Shown one piece after another: positions 28,439 to 38,212 of a stretch of 64,000 bases of DNA. The notes beneath the pieces were generated by a model that made no database searches, had not been told where the DNA came from, and was given only the letters and a program-made list of their open reading frames with translations. Location: IMG/VR virus record IMGVR_UViG_3300018405_000013; one strand, given 5' to 3'. The translations under genes and the position numbers were made by a program. The stretch's first letter is position 1. Each line of letters starts with the position of its first letter. Source of the DNA: an uncultured virus (IMG/VR IMGVR_UViG_3300018405_000013) (taxonomy: Duplodnaviria > Heunggongvirae > Uroviricota > Caudoviricetes).

Positions 28439-28777
28439 TTATACCAGCGTGACACTATAATCCATTTTAATATCAACAATTCCATCAAGATGATTATAGT
28501 TTGCCACATCGACTTTTTCAAATGCGACATATTTGCTTATTCCAAAAAAAGTTTTTCTAATTTCATCACCGGCAAATAATGACGCCTCCATGTTAAAATT
28601 ATCATAATTATTTATTCGATATAACATTCTATATATTAACCCATCATATACAATAGGATAATACCCACCGACCTTCATAAATGGATTTATATTTCTATTT
28701 AATACGTTCGTGGCTTTAACCAAGCAGGATATTTTTAATTTTGATTCGTCAAATCCGATTATTTTCATATTTTCCAT
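28439..28777 (-). CDS. YYPI family protein, tag (YSVTLV)
   Basis: VGGYYPIVYDG. Confidence 0.8.
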   Translation of the reverse strand: MENMKIIGFDESKLKISCLVKATNVLNRNINPFMKVGGYYPIVYDGLIYRMLYRINNYDNFNMEASLFAGDEIRKTFFGISKYVAFEKVDVANYNHLDGIVDIKMDYSVTLV

Positions 28778-28799
28778 AACAAGACACCCCGTCCATTCA

Positions 28800-29072
28800 C
28801 TAGATTCCTAATAGTATAACATCACCGATAGAATATATGGTTATGCATATTAGGGCTATTATAAATAACCAGAAGATACCATATGCCAGTAAACATAGAA
28901 TGTCGAATATAAAAATTATATTATACTTGATAATCAAATATTTCTTTGTGCTTCTGATATCAGTGGTTTTATTTTTAACATATTTACATATGCTTAATGA
29001 AATCTTTTTGATAAATGCACATATACATATAAATAAAGCTATTGAAAACAACCCTATTAAAAATTTAATCAT
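28800..29072 (-). CDS. Membrane protein
   Basis: Highly hydrophobic; RBS AAGGGGG. Confidence 0.6.
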   Translation of the reverse strand: MIKFLIGLFSIALFICICAFIKKISLSICKYVKNKTTDIRSTKKYLIIKYNIIFIFDILCLLAYGIFWLFIIALICITIYSIGDVILLGI

Positions 29073-29084
29073 TCTTTTACCCCC

Positions 29085-29414
29085 TTAAATTAATTCAACT
29101 TCGTATGAATCAGAAGTTACAACGTGACCACTAATTCTATCATACTTTCTAATATAAATTCTTTCACATTCAACATATCTTTCTATGTCACGAAACGTTC
29201 TTTCCGGATCAAGCCAACTGAACACGCGATATCCCATAGATAAATCTCTTGTTCCGTTGTTATGAAGAATTGAATATGCATTATCCTTCTTAACAATCGG
29301 ATAATAATGACCCAGCTTTAAGTAGGAATTGATAGCCCTGTCTTTTATTTTGGTTATTTTTACCAACACCGTAAGTTCACATGAATTATCAAATCCATGT
29401 ATTTTAATATTCAT
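29085..29414 (-). CDS. YYPI family protein, tag (YEVELI)
   Basis: LGHYYPIV. Confidence 0.8.
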   Translation of the reverse strand: MNIKIHGFDNSCELTVLVKITKIKDRAINSYLKLGHYYPIVKKDNAYSILHNNGTRDLSMGYRVFSWLDPERTFRDIERYVECERIYIRKYDRISGHVVTSDSYEVELI

Positions 29415-29426
29415 AATATTTACCTC

Positions 29427-29723
29427 CTATATAAGTTCAACATTATAAGACTTTTTAACAGAAACTATTCCCGTGCCACACATAAGAAATATTCTGTCTT
29501 TTATTTCTACGGCATAAACTAATCCGTATGTTTCTATTCTTGCGTGTTCTGCTATTGCTACAATTGTGCCAATTTCCATTCTTATTGGTGATTTGCCAAC
29601 TGTAAACATATGAAGTTTTTCGGGTATGTTTTTACCAACCCATTCTGCATATGAAGAATAACATTCGTATGAATTTGTAATCATAACAGAGTCGCCTACG
29701 TTAAAATTTTCCATCCGTATCAC
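29427..29723 (-). CDS. W..N.P/IAP family protein, tag (YNVELI)
   Basis: YAEWVGKNIP...IAEH. Confidence 0.8.
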   Translation of the reverse strand: MIRMENFNVGDSVMITNSYECYSSYAEWVGKNIPEKLHMFTVGKSPIRMEIGTIVAIAEHARIETYGLVYAVEIKDRIFLMCGTGIVSVKKSYNVELI

Positions 29724-30032
29724 CTATAATATATCTACGACATATGGATTGAATATATCAGAATAAGATGCGCTATCGGTATAATACTCATCTTCGACAT
29801 CTCCAAGTTCCATAATATAACCATCTGATGTAAATACTATTGGCAAATCACAATCTTCAATTACAGCATATATGCAGTCACTATCATATTCATCTCCATC
29901 GCAATCGGTTATTTCATTTTCACTTAAAAAGTTTCTTAATCGTTCAACTTCATCGCTTGTTTGACATACGATATACATCTCACAATCTTTATTGCCAAAT
30001 GATCTTATAACATCATCTAAATTCATAAACAA
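29724..30032 (-). CDS. C.T.EE family protein, tag (YVVDIL)
   Basis: IVCQTSDEV..L..FLSENEI; paralog of 22957. Confidence 0.8.
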   Translation of the reverse strand: MFMNLDDVIRSFGNKDCEMYIVCQTSDEVERLRNFLSENEITDCDGDEYDSDCIYAVIEDCDLPIVFTSDGYIMELGDVEDEYYTDSASYSDIFNPYVVDIL

Positions 30033-30036
30033 CTCC

Positions 30037-30297
30037 TTATATTATATCCACAGAATAATCCGAATGTTTAACAAAATATTCGTCAATTTCATATGAAAAA
30101 TACCACCAACAATTCTTGTGTAAATGTGGATATTTTCTTTTAGTATCAGGCATACCACCGTCGTGACCATCAATATCTTTTTTAAATTCAACTAGATAAT
30201 CACCGTCGTCCATTGCTATTATTATCCCAACGTCACCTATTTCGGCGGATATATCGTTCTTTGTTTTTATACATTCCACTTTTTGACCTATTTCCAT
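30037..30297 (-). CDS. SH3-like H[DN]G/CW family protein, tag (YSVDII)
   Basis: VEFKKDIDGHDG...NCWWY. Confidence 0.8.
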   Translation of the reverse strand: MEIGQKVECIKTKNDISAEIGDVGIIIAMDDGDYLVEFKKDIDGHDGGMPDTKRKYPHLHKNCWWYFSYEIDEYFVKHSDYSVDII

Positions 30298-30305
30298 AAT
30301 GCCCC

Positions 30306-30488
30306 CTATATTATATCTACACTAAAATCATTAACATGAACAAATCTGGTTTTGAAGAACCATCTTTTCCATCCTTCATGGTCAAGTATTATATAGTATT
30401 CGTCAGATTCTTCCACTAAGTCATACACTTCACCAACTTTTATACAAGTTTTGCCTTCTGCGTCTACACATTTAACTTTTTTACACAT
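30306..30488 (-). CDS. C.DN.G family protein, tag (FSVDII)
   Basis: KCVDAEG...GEVY...RF. Confidence 0.8.
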   Translation of the reverse strand: MCKKVKCVDAEGKTCIKVGEVYDLVEESDEYYIILDHEGWKRWFFKTRFVHVNDFSVDII

Positions 30489-30499
30489 ATTGGTTCTCC

Positions 30500-30754
30500 T
30501 TATATTAAGTCAACTTGATATTTTGGCTTATCTTTAGCTAGATAGTTGGATGCAGTATCTGTATCATAAAACCAACAATGGTTCATTTTTTTAGAACGTC
30601 CTTCACCATTATGACCTAATATTTCTTCATCAAATTCTACTAAAATTCTTGATGAAGTTATACATATAACAGTTCCAGTTTTTCCAACAGCTTGTTTTCT
30701 TCCTTCATATGATTTTATACAAACAACCCTATCATCAACATTAAAATCATCCAT
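30500..30754 (-). CDS. SH3-like H[DN]G/CW family protein, tag (YQVDLI)
   Basis: VEFDEEILGHNG...HCWFY. Confidence 0.8.
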   Translation of the reverse strand: MDDFNVDDRVVCIKSYEGRKQAVGKTGTVICITSSRILVEFDEEILGHNGEGRSKKMNHCWFYDTDTASNYLAKDKPKYQVDLI

Positions 30755-30765
30755 TTTTACACCGC

Positions 30766-31095
30766 CTATAACTTACTAAATTTTTCCTTTAACGCATTTA
30801 ATTTTGACATTTTAAAGTCAATTAACACCTGCACTTCATCGGCGTCAAACAATATAATACTTCCAAGACTATCTAGGTTTTGCGAACACCAGTAATTCCA
30901 AACGGTTTTCTTTTCTGGTTTCTTAAACAATTTGGATAACGCCAACCTATGTGTTCCAGTTCTTTTTTCACGCGTATTATATTCCATATTGGACAATGTT
31001 TTGATTTCTTCTTCTAGTGTTTCAATATCTTTCTTCATGGCTTCCGCCATTTTAAATTCTTCTGCTTTCATTGCCATCACCTTCCTATATATCAA
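30766..31095 (-). CDS. Coiled-coil hypothetical protein
   Basis: Heptad-like charged sequence. Confidence 0.65.
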   Translation of the reverse strand: MIYRKVMAMKAEEFKMAEAMKKDIETLEEEIKTLSNMEYNTREKRTGTHRLALSKLFKKPEKKTVWNYWCSQNLDSLGSIILFDADEVQVLIDFKMSKLNALKEKFSKL

Positions 31096-31375
31096 ATATT
31101 GTCACATCATTTTTTGGTGCAATAGATAACTTAGCATCTTCAATATATGTTGACAACATTTCTTGTGCAGTTGATATACTTTCACAACGGTCAATAACCT
31201 CATAGTTATTTCCAGATATTTGTCTTTCGATTCTAACTGGTTTTGCGTTATTCAATTTAGCCAGTCTGTATTTTTCCGGATCTGTAATTGCACAAACACG
31301 AATCTTAATAACACCTTCATTAGATTCAACTTTTTCCGTATGAACGATTTCATATACCCTTTTAGCATGTTTCAT
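31085..31375 (-). CDS. Hypothetical protein (paralog of 36525)
   Basis: IKIRVCAITD...RIERQI vs IVIRIMAVMD...KLQRQV. Confidence 0.7.
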   Translation of the reverse strand: MKHAKRVYEIVHTEKVESNEGVIKIRVCAITDPEKYRLAKLNNAKPVRIERQISGNNYEVIDRCESISTAQEMLSTYIEDAKLSIAPKNDVTIFDI

Positions 31376-31421
31376 TTTATTTACCTCCCAAGTAAAATAT
31401 TTATCTTTAACTTATACTATT

Positions 31422-31450
31422 ATTATACCAAAATTTAACCGCATTGTCAA
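31422..31450 (-). promoter_or_regulatory. SigA-type promoter
   Basis: TTGACA-17-TATAAT; leader nearly identical to that at 7801-7830. Confidence 0.85.
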
Positions 31451-31494
31451 ATAAAAATAAATAGCTATCATATAAATTATGATAGCTATAAATA

Positions 31495-31929
31495 TTACAA
31501 ACTATTTGCTTCGTCAAGTGTGTCAAAAACATCACGCGTATTCAAATACGCATCTTTTGGATATAATGGATTCCCTTTTTGATATTTTATATCATATATG
31601 ACAACATTTTTATGATTATATGTGTTGTCTGGCTTTGGATTAGAACCCAGAAGTGGAACACTATCCATACCAATTTGGAAATCTTGTAGCCTAACACCCA
31701 CTATTTCACCATATTCTACATTATAGCCACACAAACTTCCTTTGGCAAGATATTTTTCACCATTACAGCATGGGCACTTATATAATTGATTATCAAGTGC
31801 GACTATTTTGCCGACACCCTTGCACGCCGGACATTTTTCCCGTTTTTCTCTAAACCTATTACCAGTTCTAAAAAAAACCTTGTCACCTATAGTATGTTCT
31901 ACATCTACATTTAATATTTTCTTACTCAT
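31495..31929 (-). CDS. Protein with DnaJ-type zinc finger
   Basis: CPACKGVG and CPCCNGEK. Confidence 0.7.
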   Translation of the reverse strand: MSKKILNVDVEHTIGDKVFFRTGNRFREKREKCPACKGVGKIVALDNQLYKCPCCNGEKYLAKGSLCGYNVEYGEIVGVRLQDFQIGMDSVPLLGSNPKPDNTYNHKNVVIYDIKYQKGNPLYPKDAYLNTRDVFDTLDEANSL

Positions 31930-32001
31930 TTCTTTATCCTCCCTAGATAATTTAATATTTAACTATATTATTATAATAACATAACATTAAAGAAATGTCA
32001 A

Positions 32002-32265
32002 TTATAACAAATCAACCGAATATGGATTGCACGCATATACCATAACTTCATTTAAATGTTTTCCGTTATTATACATTTTACCGTCTTCGCCAATGTATAC
32101 TAAATTGCAATCTGTAAATTCTAATGGCAACGTTCTATCGTTACCACACCATCGGACACCCCGATTTTGACATTCAGATAAAAAATGAATTTTATCATCA
32201 TTATTGTCAAATTTTACTAAGGCTTTTCTATGGAGAAAAGTTTCCCAATTGAACAAATTTGCCAT
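32002..32265 (-). CDS. C.T.EE-like family protein, tag (YSVDLL)
   Basis: FLSECQNRGVRWCG. Confidence 0.8.
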   Translation of the reverse strand: MANLFNWETFLHRKALVKFDNNDDKIHFLSECQNRGVRWCGNDRTLPLEFTDCNLVYIGEDGKMYNNGKHLNEVMVYACNPYSVDLL

Positions 32266-32266
32266 A

Positions 32267-32515
32267 TTATGTCAACTCCACCTCATATTTATTGTATTTT
32301 TTCAAATATTCCGCCGGAAGATACCTGCCGGTATTACCAGGAAGCAAATCCCTGTCTAAACGCCAAGTCCATGAGCCAATTTCCATCCCAAAATCGACAC
32401 CAATACTTTCTTCATTATAAAAATGAACTATTTTTCCAGTTTTATTCAGAAGTAAATCCGTGCCAGTGGCATCTTTTATTACAATAACATTATCGCCAAC
32501 TTTAAAATCGTGCAT
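32267..32515 (-). CDS. SH3-like TGRY family protein, tag (YEVELT)
   Basis: GVDFG..TWRL..LLPGNTGRYLP; paralog of 36252. Confidence 0.8.
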   Translation of the reverse strand: MHDFKVGDNVIVIKDATGTDLLLNKTGKIVHFYNEESIGVDFGMEIGSWTWRLDRDLLPGNTGRYLPAEYLKKYNKYEVELT

Positions 32516-32528
32516 ACTATCACCGCCT

Positions 32529-32864
32529 TTATATTAAATCAACACTGTAATCATTTTCTATAAATGCAATACAGTTTGCTTTGTCATATTCTGATACATA
32601 TTTTATATCGAAATCAATATATGACGTCAATATGGTTAACAATGAATCCATAGATTCAGATATAATCAATCTTTCACTTTCCCTCATTGTATTGCTTAAT
32701 ACGCCATATTTGTTTTTTATAGCCTTTTCATTGTATAGTATTGGATATACTGAATCGACATTGATATATTTTCTGATTATACTTGATTTGATTTTCTTAA
32801 CAGTTATTAGTGCAACAACTTTTGTTTCGTAAGAAATATCTCTTATGTGAATATCATATTTCAT
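32529..32864 (-). CDS. YYPI family protein, tag (YSVDLI)
   Basis: VDSVYPILY. Confidence 0.8.
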   Translation of the reverse strand: MKYDIHIRDISYETKVVALITVKKIKSSIIRKYINVDSVYPILYNEKAIKNKYGVLSNTMRESERLIISESMDSLLTILTSYIDFDIKYVSEYDKANCIAFIENDYSVDLI

Positions 32865-33061
32865 AATAATTCCACCTCATAATCTTCGTATATTTTTTTA
32901 AATCTCCAATCTAAAAATAATCTACTTCCGTTATTAGTGTTGTCATTTTCAAGTATAACAACCCCATAATGCATTTCATTTTTAACTAAGTATATTTTAC
33001 CTGTGGTTAGATATTTTTCGACACCAAAATTATCTGTGCATAAAACTTTTCTGACAATCAT
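32861..33061 (-). CDS. C.DN.G family protein, tag (YEVELL)
   Basis: CTDNFGVE..L..GKIY. Confidence 0.75.
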   Translation of the reverse strand: MIVRKVLCTDNFGVEKYLTTGKIYLVKNEMHYGVVILENDNTNNGSRLFLDWRFKKIYEDYEVELL

Positions 33062-33261
33062 AATAGATTCACCTCATATTTATTGCAAATAGGTTTAAAT
33101 CTATAACTTTGATATAACATAACAATCCCATCATCAACTTTGATAATATAGAGACCTTTATCCCTATGTTCGACGGCTTCATATATGCCACCGATTTTTA
33201 TTTTAGTTAAAGTGCCATATTTTGTAGTATTATCCACACAAACTACTTTCATTTTTACCAC
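33058..33261 (-). CDS. C.DN family protein, tag (YEVNLL)
   Basis: VCVDN...GGIYE...RF. Confidence 0.8.
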   Translation of the reverse strand: MVKMKVVCVDNTTKYGTLTKIKIGGIYEAVEHRDKGLYIIKVDDGIVMLYQSYRFKPICNKYEVNLL

Positions 33262-33267
33262 CTCAGC

Positions 33268-33609
33268 TTATATCAAATTTACTGCATAAGACTTATCGAA
33301 ATCAATTGCTATACAATTGCCATCTCGTAAAGATGTATATCCGAACACTTCTTCAAATTTGGCATCATATCCAATATTGCCTTCTAATTCGATGTCAAGC
33401 GAAATAGAATCATTTACATAACATGCAACATATTCCCATGATGCATCCATATCATTATCTATGAACTTTATTCTGCTTCCACGTTTAATTACCGGATAAT
33501 AATTATCTTTGGTAAAATAATTCTTATAACCTATTTTGCATTTTAATACACCAAACAAAACATCATCTGATGCCAGTCTTTTTATTTGAAATTCTATCAT
33601 AATACACAT
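33268..33609 (-). CDS. YYP family protein, tag (YAVNLI)
   Basis: DNYYPVI. Confidence 0.8.
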   Translation of the reverse strand: MCIMIEFQIKRLASDDVLFGVLKCKIGYKNYFTKDNYYPVIKRGSRIKFIDNDMDASWEYVACYVNDSISLDIELEGNIGYDAKFEEVFGYTSLRDGNCIAIDFDKSYAVNLI

Positions 33610-33839
33610 CCTTTTATTTTAATTAGATATTTATTACAAGACATGGTTTCATAATACCAACAATGTCCTTCTTTAAGTGGTAAATTCAATCTAACACCAC
33701 CATTATGACCTTTGATGTTTTTGTCAAACAAAACCAATAGTTTCTTATTGTCGGCATATACAACCGTTCCTGTAATGCCCAATGATTCTATGTGTTTATC
33801 AGAAGATTTTATACATCTTACTCTATCACCAACATTCAT
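33597..33839 (-). CDS. SH3-like H[DN]G/CW family protein lacking the tag
   Basis: FDKNIKGHNG...HCWYY; ends KIKGCVL. Confidence 0.8.
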   Translation of the reverse strand: MNVGDRVRCIKSSDKHIESLGITGTVVYADNKKLLVLFDKNIKGHNGGVRLNLPLKEGHCWYYETMSCNKYLIKIKGCVL

Positions 33840-33851
33840 AATAAGCCGCCT

Positions 33852-34376
33852 TTACTTACCATTTTCCATAACATCTAGGAACATTTTGTATTTGCATACA
33901 TTTTCAACATAATAATTGTCATATACGTCATCTATGCCATTCGCATAAATGTATTCATTTGTATATTTTATGCCACTATGGTGTGCCATAATCACACATC
34001 CATATGCATTTTCATCAGACATTATACCAGTATAATAATCACGTAATTCCGCAATATCCTTAATTGAATCATTGATATTTTTGGTTGGATTATACCAAGT
34101 TAAAACATTACTGTTTAGAAAAGGCTTTCCACCACCCCGCATATCTTCATGCATAATGGCTTCAACCATTTCATATGATATGGAGTACTTATCACATTCG
34201 GATTCTATGTGCTTCATTATATGAATATCATTTGGTATATCTTTAACATACACCTCAATGACCATCATGTATGAAATTACAAATACGAATAAAAATATAA
34301 CAACAAATTTTAATAAATTCAAAACTTTACCTTTCATAACAATACCTCCTATTATATAATATCTACAGTATAACAT
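33852..34376 (-). CDS. Membrane-anchored, degenerate lytic transglycosylase-like protein (start probably MKGKV)
   Basis: TM anchor then KYSISYEMVEAIMHED...NI...MAHHSG, resembling SLT AI...ES...AYN.G. Confidence 0.5.
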   Translation of the reverse strand: MLYCRYYIIGGIVMKGKVLNLLKFVVIFLFVFVISYMMVIEVYVKDIPNDIHIMKHIESECDKYSISYEMVEAIMHEDMRGGGKPFLNSNVLTWYNPTKNINDSIKDIAELRDYYTGIMSDENAYGCVIMAHHSGIKYTNEYIYANGIDDVYDNYYVENVCKYKMFLDVMENGK

Positions 34377-34627
34377 TCTTTTATTTTTATAAATTCATCC
34401 CATCTTGAATATGGAATATATATGCAATTATATTCCAAGCCTTCTTTTAATTTCCTTATGTTGTTGGCTAGAAAATAATTGGATGCCGCATGGCCTTCAA
34501 TATTTTTATCAAATTCAATCAATACGCTTTCTTCGGTTACAAATATCACCTTTCCATACACATCAGTAATTGGATAGATGCAATAATCATTTATTCCTAT
34601 AACAGAATCCATAGCTTTAATATTCAT
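34352..34627 (-). CDS. SH3-like protein, tag (YTVDII)
   Basis: IEFDKNIEGH...NCIY. Confidence 0.8.
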   Translation of the reverse strand: MNIKAMDSVIGINDYCIYPITDVYGKVIFVTEESVLIEFDKNIEGHAASNYFLANNIRKLKEGLEYNCIYIPYSRWDEFIKIKECYTVDII

Positions 34628-34637
34628 AATACACCTC

Positions 34638-34946
34638 TTATATTAGTTCAACGCAATATCTATTACCTATGTTTTTCAAGTAAATAAGGTCGCCATAATC
34701 TTCTACGTAATTTTCTAAGAAATCTATTGTTCTATCGGAATAATATACACATGGAAAAACTTCTTGGTCATCAAAACAACATGAACGTAAAAGTGAAATT
34801 CCGTTATTTTCAGAATATCTTTCATTGTCATACCATGTAATTCGGTTCTCATCCATAATTTTACAAAAAAGCTTTACTTCTTCCATATTTTCACAAACTA
34901 CACCAAAATTTTCACGCTCTATAAATTTTTTTATTAAAATATCCAC
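34638..34946 (-). CDS. C.T.EE family protein, tag (YCVELI)
   Basis: VVCENMEEVKLFCKIMDENRITW. Confidence 0.8.
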   Translation of the reverse strand: MDILIKKFIERENFGVVCENMEEVKLFCKIMDENRITWYDNERYSENNGISLLRSCCFDDQEVFPCVYYSDRTIDFLENYVEDYGDLIYLKNIGNRYCVELI

Positions 34947-34963
34947 ATTTATTCACCGCCTAA

Positions 34964-35215
34964 TTAGATTAAATCTACAGAATAATTATTTTGTATAAGT
35001 TCGTATACCCCGCCGTTTTCGGGTTTATTTACCTTCCAAACGCACCCCTCCCTATCTAATTTCACGACTATTCCAACATCACTACGCAACAATCCGTTCT
35101 TAGAAGGATATTCGGATGGCATAACAGTTCCGGTGTGACCATTACTACCTAATGCGCCTTTACCACCACTTATTATTTTTATTTTCGACCCAACCAAATA
35201 GCTATTCATCGCCAA
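34964..35215 (-). CDS. SH3-like protein, tag (YSVDLI)
   Basis: VGSKIKI...GTV...VKLD. Confidence 0.8.
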   Translation of the reverse strand: MAMNSYLVGSKIKIISGGKGALGSNGHTGTVMPSEYPSKNGLLRSDVGIVVKLDREGCVWKVNKPENGGVYELIQNNYSVDLI

Positions 35216-35504
35216 AATCCTCTAAAAGAACATATTCAACCAATGCCTTACCGTCGCCCACAAGCATAGTTTGCAACACTACTATGCTTTTTATAACATC
35301 ATATGTTGCATAGCTATTTTCATATTGTTCTTTTTTTATTACCCTGCGCGGATTATCGCTATCGAACATCATATTGTTTTCCGACAATGAAGTAACACAC
35401 GTTTTACTTTTTGGATGCGATTTCCGTAAAGTTCCACTTACAGCATTTATATTGAAATTAAATTTATTCGAATTAGTATTAAAATTATCTAACATTTTTT
35501 TCAT
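35202..35504 (-). CDS. Hypothetical protein
   Basis: RBS GGGAGG after promoter. Confidence 0.65.
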   Translation of the reverse strand: MKKMLDNFNTNSNKFNFNINAVSGTLRKSHPKSKTCVTSLSENNMMFDSDNPRRVIKKEQYENSYATYDVIKSIVVLQTMLVGDGKALVEYVLLEDFGDE

Positions 35505-35522
35505 CCTCCCTTATTTATATAT

Positions 35523-35551
35523 ATTATATCAAAAAAATAGGATTATGTCAA
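35523..35551 (-). promoter_or_regulatory. SigA-type promoter
   Basis: TTGACA-17-TATAAT with TG; upstream hairpin GAACCGAT/ATCGGTTC. Confidence 0.85.
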
Positions 35552-35581
35552 ATTGAAAAAGAACCGATAAAAATCGGTTCA

Positions 35582-35926
35582 TTACAATAAATCAACATTA
35601 TAAGTTGAATATTTTTTAAGTGCAATGAAAAACACACATAAATGTCTTCCATCTTCCATACATACACCAGATATGTCGGAATATTCTAAACTATTTTTAC
35701 TTAATGTTATATGTTCTATCATTATTTTTTTTTCAATATAATCTTTGTGATTGTGTTCGTGGTAGTCATCATATAATCCATCAATAACGTAATGGTCTTC
35801 AAAAGGTTCACATTCGCCACTTTCACAGTAGTTTTCCAATATCTTGAGTGCTTCATCCATTTCAATTATTGTTATAATATCGCCAACCGAAAACTCTGAT
35901 ATATGGTCATTTAATGTCTTTTCCAT
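35582..35926 (-). CDS. Small protein, tag (YNVDLL)
   Basis: VGDIITI; terminal motif. Confidence 0.8.
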   Translation of the reverse strand: MEKTLNDHISEFSVGDIITIIEMDEALKILENYCESGECEPFEDHYVIDGLYDDYHEHNHKDYIEKKIMIEHITLSKNSLEYSDISGVCMEDGRHLCVFFIALKKYSTYNVDLL

Positions 35927-35945
35927 AAAAATACCACCCCTAATT

Positions 35946-36239
35946 TTATATTAAATCTACTTCATATTTCTTTGATAACAATTTAATCTCCAATCCACTT
36001 CTATTCAAATTCCAAGTAAACGCATCCTTTTGGTTTTCATGATTGCATTTTGAACCTGTATCTAACAGAATTGTGAAAGTTGGCCACATATTGTCATGCG
36101 CCAGAAATACTTTTCTAATAACACCAGTTCTACCAATATGACATTCTTTTCTGAAATTGGTTATGACTACTTTGTCGCCCACGCTGTATAGTTCGTCGTT
36201 AAACATAAACGATTTTTCGCTTACAATTCCGTTTTTCAT
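35946..36239 (-). CDS. SH3/KOW-like protein, tag (YEVDLI)
   Basis: VGDKVVI...GRTGVI. Confidence 0.8.
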   Translation of the reverse strand: MKNGIVSEKSFMFNDELYSVGDKVVITNFRKECHIGRTGVIRKVFLAHDNMWPTFTILLDTGSKCNHENQKDAFTWNLNRSGLEIKLLSKKYEVDLI

Positions 36240-36251
36240 TATAATATCCTC

Positions 36252-36521
36252 CTATATCAAGTCAACGTTATAGTTATCGATCAATTTGACATTATATACT
36301 GGAAAGTATCTACCTGTTGGCTTAGGCAAGATATCGTTTCTTAATTTCCATGTGGCACCTTTAAACACTTTGCCGAAATCTATACCAATAACATCACCAG
36401 ATGTTGACATATTAACAACTGTTCCAATTTTGCCTGTGAAATCAACTTTTGATGTGCCGTCATTAAATATTATTTTAACTTTTTTACCTATACTAATTTT
36501 TTCCATAAAATACACCACCAA
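36252..36521 (-). CDS. SH3-like TGRY family protein, tag (YNVDLI)
   Basis: Paralog of 32267. Confidence 0.8.
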   Translation of the reverse strand: MVVYFMEKISIGKKVKIIFNDGTSKVDFTGKIGTVVNMSTSGDVIGIDFGKVFKGATWKLRNDILPKPTGRYFPVYNVKLIDNYNVDLI

Positions 36522-36524
36522 TAA

Positions 36525-36782
36525 TTATATTCTTATATATTTTTGCCCAAATGTGAATGTGTTAACATAATCATCAATTACTACGCCTGCATGGAATAAA
36601 TCTTTAGCCGTTGCGAATGTTTCAAATTTATTTTTATCAACTTGCCGTTGTAACTTAACAGTGTCCATACTAAGCAATTTACACTCATTATATCCTTTTA
36701 TATCCATAACAGCCATGATTCTTATAACGATGCAAGCTGACTTGGTCACAACTGTTTCTTTCTTTATTAACTTAAATCGCAT
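36525..36782 (-). CDS. Hypothetical protein (paralog of 31085)
   Basis: Shared motifs with 31085. Confidence 0.7.
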   Translation of the reverse strand: MRFKLIKKETVVTKSACIVIRIMAVMDIKGYNECKLLSMDTVKLQRQVDKNKFETFATAKDLFHAGVVIDDYVNTFTFGQKYIRI

Positions 36783-36792
36783 ATTTCACCGC

Positions 36793-37167
36793 CTAAAAAA
36801 CTTCTATTGATTTTGATACTATTTTGTTATTGAACGACTTAAGTGTAAAACTTATAGTGAACGAACATTTTCCGAAACACTTTTGATCGTATATTACATA
36901 GTTTATATAATATGAATAATCAAATGTATATCCAGTAGATATCAGTTTTCGTAAAATATTATCAATGTTTCTATTGCAGTAAAAGTATTTATTTATATCG
37001 CTTCTATTATCTATGAGACAATATGTTTTCTTGTCAAAATTGTATATGATTGGATAGTATTTGTTAACCATAAACTTATCCTTGTTGGATGTTTCTGTTA
37101 TTTTTACAATTGCAACAACTTTATATTTACCATAATTGAACTTACCAAGACATTTTATTACATTCAT
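36793..37167 (-). CDS. YYPI family protein lacking the tag
   Basis: VNKYYPIIY; ends SKSIEVF. Confidence 0.75.
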   Translation of the reverse strand: MNVIKCLGKFNYGKYKVVAIVKITETSNKDKFMVNKYYPIIYNFDKKTYCLIDNRSDINKYFYCNRNIDNILRKLISTGYTFDYSYYINYVIYDQKCFGKCSFTISFTLKSFNNKIVSKSIEVF

Positions 37168-37184
37168 TTTTAACCTCCAATATA

Positions 37185-37817
37185 TTACAGCAAATTAACG
37201 ACATAGCTTTTATATATGTCATTAATATCATAGAAATAGTCATAATCTTGACCGTATACATAATATAAACACCCATTTCGAAGCACTGGCTGAATATCTT
37301 GATTGTTTAATGTATATAGGTCACATACATCTTTTAATTCGTATGGAGATTTTACGTAATGTATTGCTGCTTCTTTTTTTGTGCAATAATGTGCATCTGA
37401 CAATTCTTGAAGCATAATATCCACCGATTCATTGGTTCTTAAATTTAACAATATTTTTCTGTCAAAAGATAGCATCAACAAGTCATGCGTTGAATCTATG
37501 CCTTTTATATTTTTAACGTCGTTTTTGAAAAAATTATTTATTTTTCTATATATCATAGCGTATTCGATGGATAAATATAGTGAATAAAATATAATATCGG
37601 ACACCAAGTATACCATAGAATATCTATAGGTTCCACATATTGCGTTGCCTATGGCAAATACTATTGCAATAACAGCAAGTGTCGAAACAATAATATTCTT
37701 AGCCGTGGCACGAAACATCGGATTTATATACCTGTTGAATATATTGTAACTAATATATCGTGACGATATATATTTATTGTATTTTTTATGAAAATGTCTA
37801 AATAATAATTTACTCAT
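37185..37817 (-). CDS. 210-aa protein with N-terminal TM segments and tag (YVVNLL)
   Basis: Hydrophobic N-half; terminal motif. Confidence 0.75.
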   Translation of the reverse strand: MSKLLFRHFHKKYNKYISSRYISYNIFNRYINPMFRATAKNIIVSTLAVIAIVFAIGNAICGTYRYSMVYLVSDIIFYSLYLSIEYAMIYRKINNFFKNDVKNIKGIDSTHDLLMLSFDRKILLNLRTNESVDIMLQELSDAHYCTKKEAAIHYVKSPYELKDVCDLYTLNNQDIQPVLRNGCLYYVYGQDYDYFYDINDIYKSYVVNLL

Positions 37818-37827
37818 AACTTACCCC

Positions 37828-38205
37828 CTATATTAAATCTACAACATACTTATTTCTAACATATGCATACACTATATCATTACAGTCAATATTATACGAT
37901 TGATACAACCAATTATCTTCTAATAGAAGGTATCTGTCGGTATTTAAATTATTACTCCAAGGTTTTGGCAAAACACCTTTTCGCAGTCTATTTAATTCGC
38001 CTTCCCAACCGATACTATTATTGGCGATATTTTTTAATTTAGAATATTTTATATATTCTGATACAAATTCAATATAATCGTCAATACTTCTTATTAGGAC
38101 TTTGATTTGACCTTTTTTTATATCCAACGTATCAATATACGATGAAATTACACCCTTAAAATCAGGGTTTATTTCCTTAAAAGTTTCTATATCAAACATA
38201 ACCAC
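37828..38205 (-). CDS. Small protein, tag (YVVDLI)
   Basis: Terminal motif; RBS AAGGAG. Confidence 0.8.
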   Translation of the reverse strand: MVMFDIETFKEINPDFKGVISSYIDTLDIKKGQIKVLIRSIDDYIEFVSEYIKYSKLKNIANNSIGWEGELNRLRKGVLPKPWSNNLNTDRYLLLEDNWLYQSYNIDCNDIVYAYVRNKYVVDLI

Positions 38206-38212
38206 TCCTTAT